From Piromyces finnis finn (taxonomy: Eukaryota > Fungi > Neocallimastigomycota), in assembly GCA_002104945.1 (NCBI GenBank), contig MCFH01000027.1, forward strand, positions 372,001 through 436,000: DNA of 64,000 nt, given 5' to 3'. Shown here in pieces: positions 61,109 to 64,000 of the stretch. The notes below the pieces were generated by a model. It saw only the letters and a list, made by a program, of their open reading frames with translations. It did no database searches and was not told the DNA's origin. Position 1 is the stretch's first letter, and the number at the start of each line of letters is the position of its first letter. The translations under genes and the position numbers were made by a program.

Positions 61109-61697
61109 TTAATATTTTAACAATATTTATATAATATCAATATTTATTATATTTTTAAAAAAATCAAAATATTATATATATTTTCCATTTAAATATTTAA
61201 TCTAATGGTATCGTTGTAATTACAATTAATATATGCTGCTAAATTGATTTGATCTAAAAACGGAGGAGAGAAAATATATTATGATAAAAATATAAAAACA
61301 TAATTTATCAATTTTTATAAAAGTCAAAATATGTTTTTACAATAACAATTAAACATATTAGTTGGTTGAAATATATATTAAATAAATAAATAAATAAATA
61401 TATAAATAATAATAATAACAATAATAACAATCATCATCATCATCATCATCATCATCAATGGATAAAAAATATTATTATTTTATATTAATTTTCATTTAAT
61501 ATAAAATACAAAAACAATATATATAGTTTTTGTATATATTGGCAATTTAATTATATATACGAAAAGTTTAAATAAATCTATAAACAAATAGACAAATAAA
61601 AATAGACAAAAGAATAATTAATAATTTAAATAAAAATAAAAAACCAAGATTTATAAATCCATAAATCCATTGATATCTCCTTTATCAACAATTATAT

Positions 61698-64000
61698 TTA
61701 ATTTGCTATTATAGAATTAAACATTATATAGTAAATTTCTTCTAAATATTCGAGATAAGCTTCTTTTTGTTTCTCTGTACCTATTATAGTGTATAAATGA
61801 TTAAATATAAACGATATTTTGTTATCTCTGTTAATTCTAAAGAAATCTATCATATTATAATAAGCTTCTTCACATTGATATTGATACATTGAAAAGAATT
61901 CTTGAAATTCTGGAAGGTTGTCCATTATTGACATTGATTGTAATAAGTATGAATTCATAATTAAAATACTTTGGAATTCAGCGTAAATTTGGATAGCGTT
62001 TTCAAAGAGTGTTTTTTTATTTTTAAAGTTCTTAATACTGAAATTACTTTTTAATTTTAAACTCCTTCCTCTATTTTCCTTAAATTGTTTATATAAATTA
62101 TTATCATAGCCATCAATATTTTTATTCTGTCTTATATTTTCAGAAATGGAAGATATAGATGATGATATATTATGATTGATTTTTCGATTAGATGCTTTTA
62201 TATTCAAAAAGGAAAAGGTCATAGCTATTATACTGGAAGCAATAAGTGCTTCTAACTCATAATGATATAATTTTGCTATTTTATCTGAATCACAATTTTC
62301 ATGATTTATATTATTTACTATGTTAGAATAGGCTTTATCATTACTTTTATAGATAAAATTGTTTGTTTTTAATTTTTCTTTTAGTAAGAATCGAAGATTT
62401 GAAACTATTGGAATTAAATAATATGGCAATTTTTTTACACACGATTCATTACTATTTAAAATTCTTAAATATTCATCAAAAATGATTTCGATAGAACCAT
62501 TAAATAGGTTACTATTTTCGTAAGGATATATATTTACATTTTTGGAAATGAGAGTAGTATTATTTCTTAGTATTTCTTCTATTTTGACTGGTTTATCTTT
62601 TTCATTATTTCTTATTTTTAAAAGTTCATACATTCTCTTTCTTATATTTTGTGTTATATCCCAACAATTCGATCTATTAACGTCTTCAAAGTATTGGTTA
62701 CATTCAAATTGATTATTTATTAAAACTAATTTTAGGATTTTTTTTTTTTTTAATTTTAAATATATAATAATAAAAAATATTGGATTAATATAGAATAAAG
62801 CATATGTTTTTTTCTACTATTTTAAATAAAAATTATTGGATTAATATAGAATAAAGCATATGTTTTTTTCTACTTTTTTAAATAAAAAATATTATTCATT
62901 ATAGTTATTGTAGTATAAACTAATTGTATTTAATTGTATTTACCATTCATAATTTCTGGGTAGAGGCATCCAGAGTTATAACTACTCAAAATATTCTTAT
63001 CTAGGGATAAGACTTTGGAATTACCATTAATATCTTCAAAAATATCGGTATTATATTCATTTGTTGATGATAAATAATATTGTCTTACAGAATTAATTAA
63101 AGTTAATTTAAAATCATCTGTACTAGACCAATTTGTAAATATATTTTCTATAATTAATTTTTGTGTATCTGTGAGATCGGTGTATCTACTTGTAAATGTT
63201 TGGTTTCTTGGTCTTTTTGTTTGAGTCGCATTATCTAATATAAAATTAACAATATGTTTATAGATAGGATATTGAATTGAATTTGTATTTTTTCTAACAT
63301 TTCTATAATTTTTGAAATGCTGCTTTAATCTGGGATAATTATCAATTTTGAAATAATCATTTCCACATAAACTTGCAAATATTGGTAACATATCATATGT
63401 TAATTTGAGATTTAAAAATATTTCTTTATTTGTATATAATTGATATTTAATAATAAAGTTGTATTCATCATTGATATTTTCATTAATCTCTTTTGGGAAT
63501 TCTAATGAATTAAAATTAATATATCCAGGTGTTTTATAAATGAAAAAATCGGAATCATTACTTAAAACATACCTTTTTTTTTTTTTTTTTTTTGATATTT
63601 ATGTAATATATATATTTTTACATATAAATGAGTATATTTATTATTTAGTTATAGTATTATTATAAATGATACTACTGAGTAAATTAAATATTTTCAATAA
63701 TATGTAGTTAAATTTTTTTTATAAAAAATACATTAGTATCAAATAATATTTAAATTTTAAAAATGTAATTACCCATTATATTTATTTGCCAATTCCGCAA
63801 TATATTTATCAGCTTCCAATAAAGCGAATTTCAATTCAATGCAATGATATATTTTTTGTGCACCAAGTAAAAATTGCATAAATGTCATAAAAGACAAAGG
63901 TGATGGTGTTATACTTTTTGGAAAATTCTTTTCTTGAAATTCTTTAGAAACAATTTCATTGTAAAAATCCTTTATTGAAATAATTTTTAATTCACGTCTC
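61698..64000 (-). CDS. Asteroid/XPG-like PIN-domain nuclease family protein (copy 3), 5' end outside the window; exons >=64000-63773, 63572-62944, 62726-61698
   Basis: PSPLSF, FALLEADKYIA, GYVLSNDSDFFIY, FASLCGNDYF, NCWDITQNIR and ELEALIAS. Splice phases are consistent and no stops were found in the window. Confidence 0.85.
62771..62890. repeat. 56-bp tandem duplication in an intron of Asteroid copy 3
   Basis: tggattaatatagaataaagcatatgtttttttctact occurs at 62781 and 62837. Confidence 0.9.

Overview
Extremely AT-rich eukaryotic genomic DNA. Genes are split by short GT-AG introns, and intergenic DNA is full of (TAAA)n and (AAT)n microsatellites. This best fits an anaerobic gut fungus (Neocallimastigomycota), inferred from composition and gene style only. 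Manual splicing gives 14 intact-looking protein genes (the last one runs off the window end), one frameshift-riddled copy and a U1 snRNA. In order: P2-type cation ATPase (-), class II DAHP synthase (+), DRS1 helicase (-), a TM-SMP-START-GOLD-GOLD lipid-transfer-like protein (+), a hidden six-exon 4-TM orphan (+), UNG (-), Asteroid/PIN nuclease 1 (+), an intronless 7-TM protein (+), U1 snRNA (+), TPR-DnaJ (+), NOP14 (-), an NPGT-repeat surface protein (+), SEM1/DSS1 (-), UVSSA (-), a SIT4-associated protein (+), a disrupted Asteroid copy (-) and Asteroid 3 (-, partial). No rRNA, tRNA, CRISPR or intact transposon was recognised. The most notable signals are a probable U12-type (minor-spliceosome) intron in the SAPS gene, the SMP+START+2xGOLD architecture, and three Asteroid-family nuclease copies. 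All domain calls come from motif recognition by eye, not database searches.
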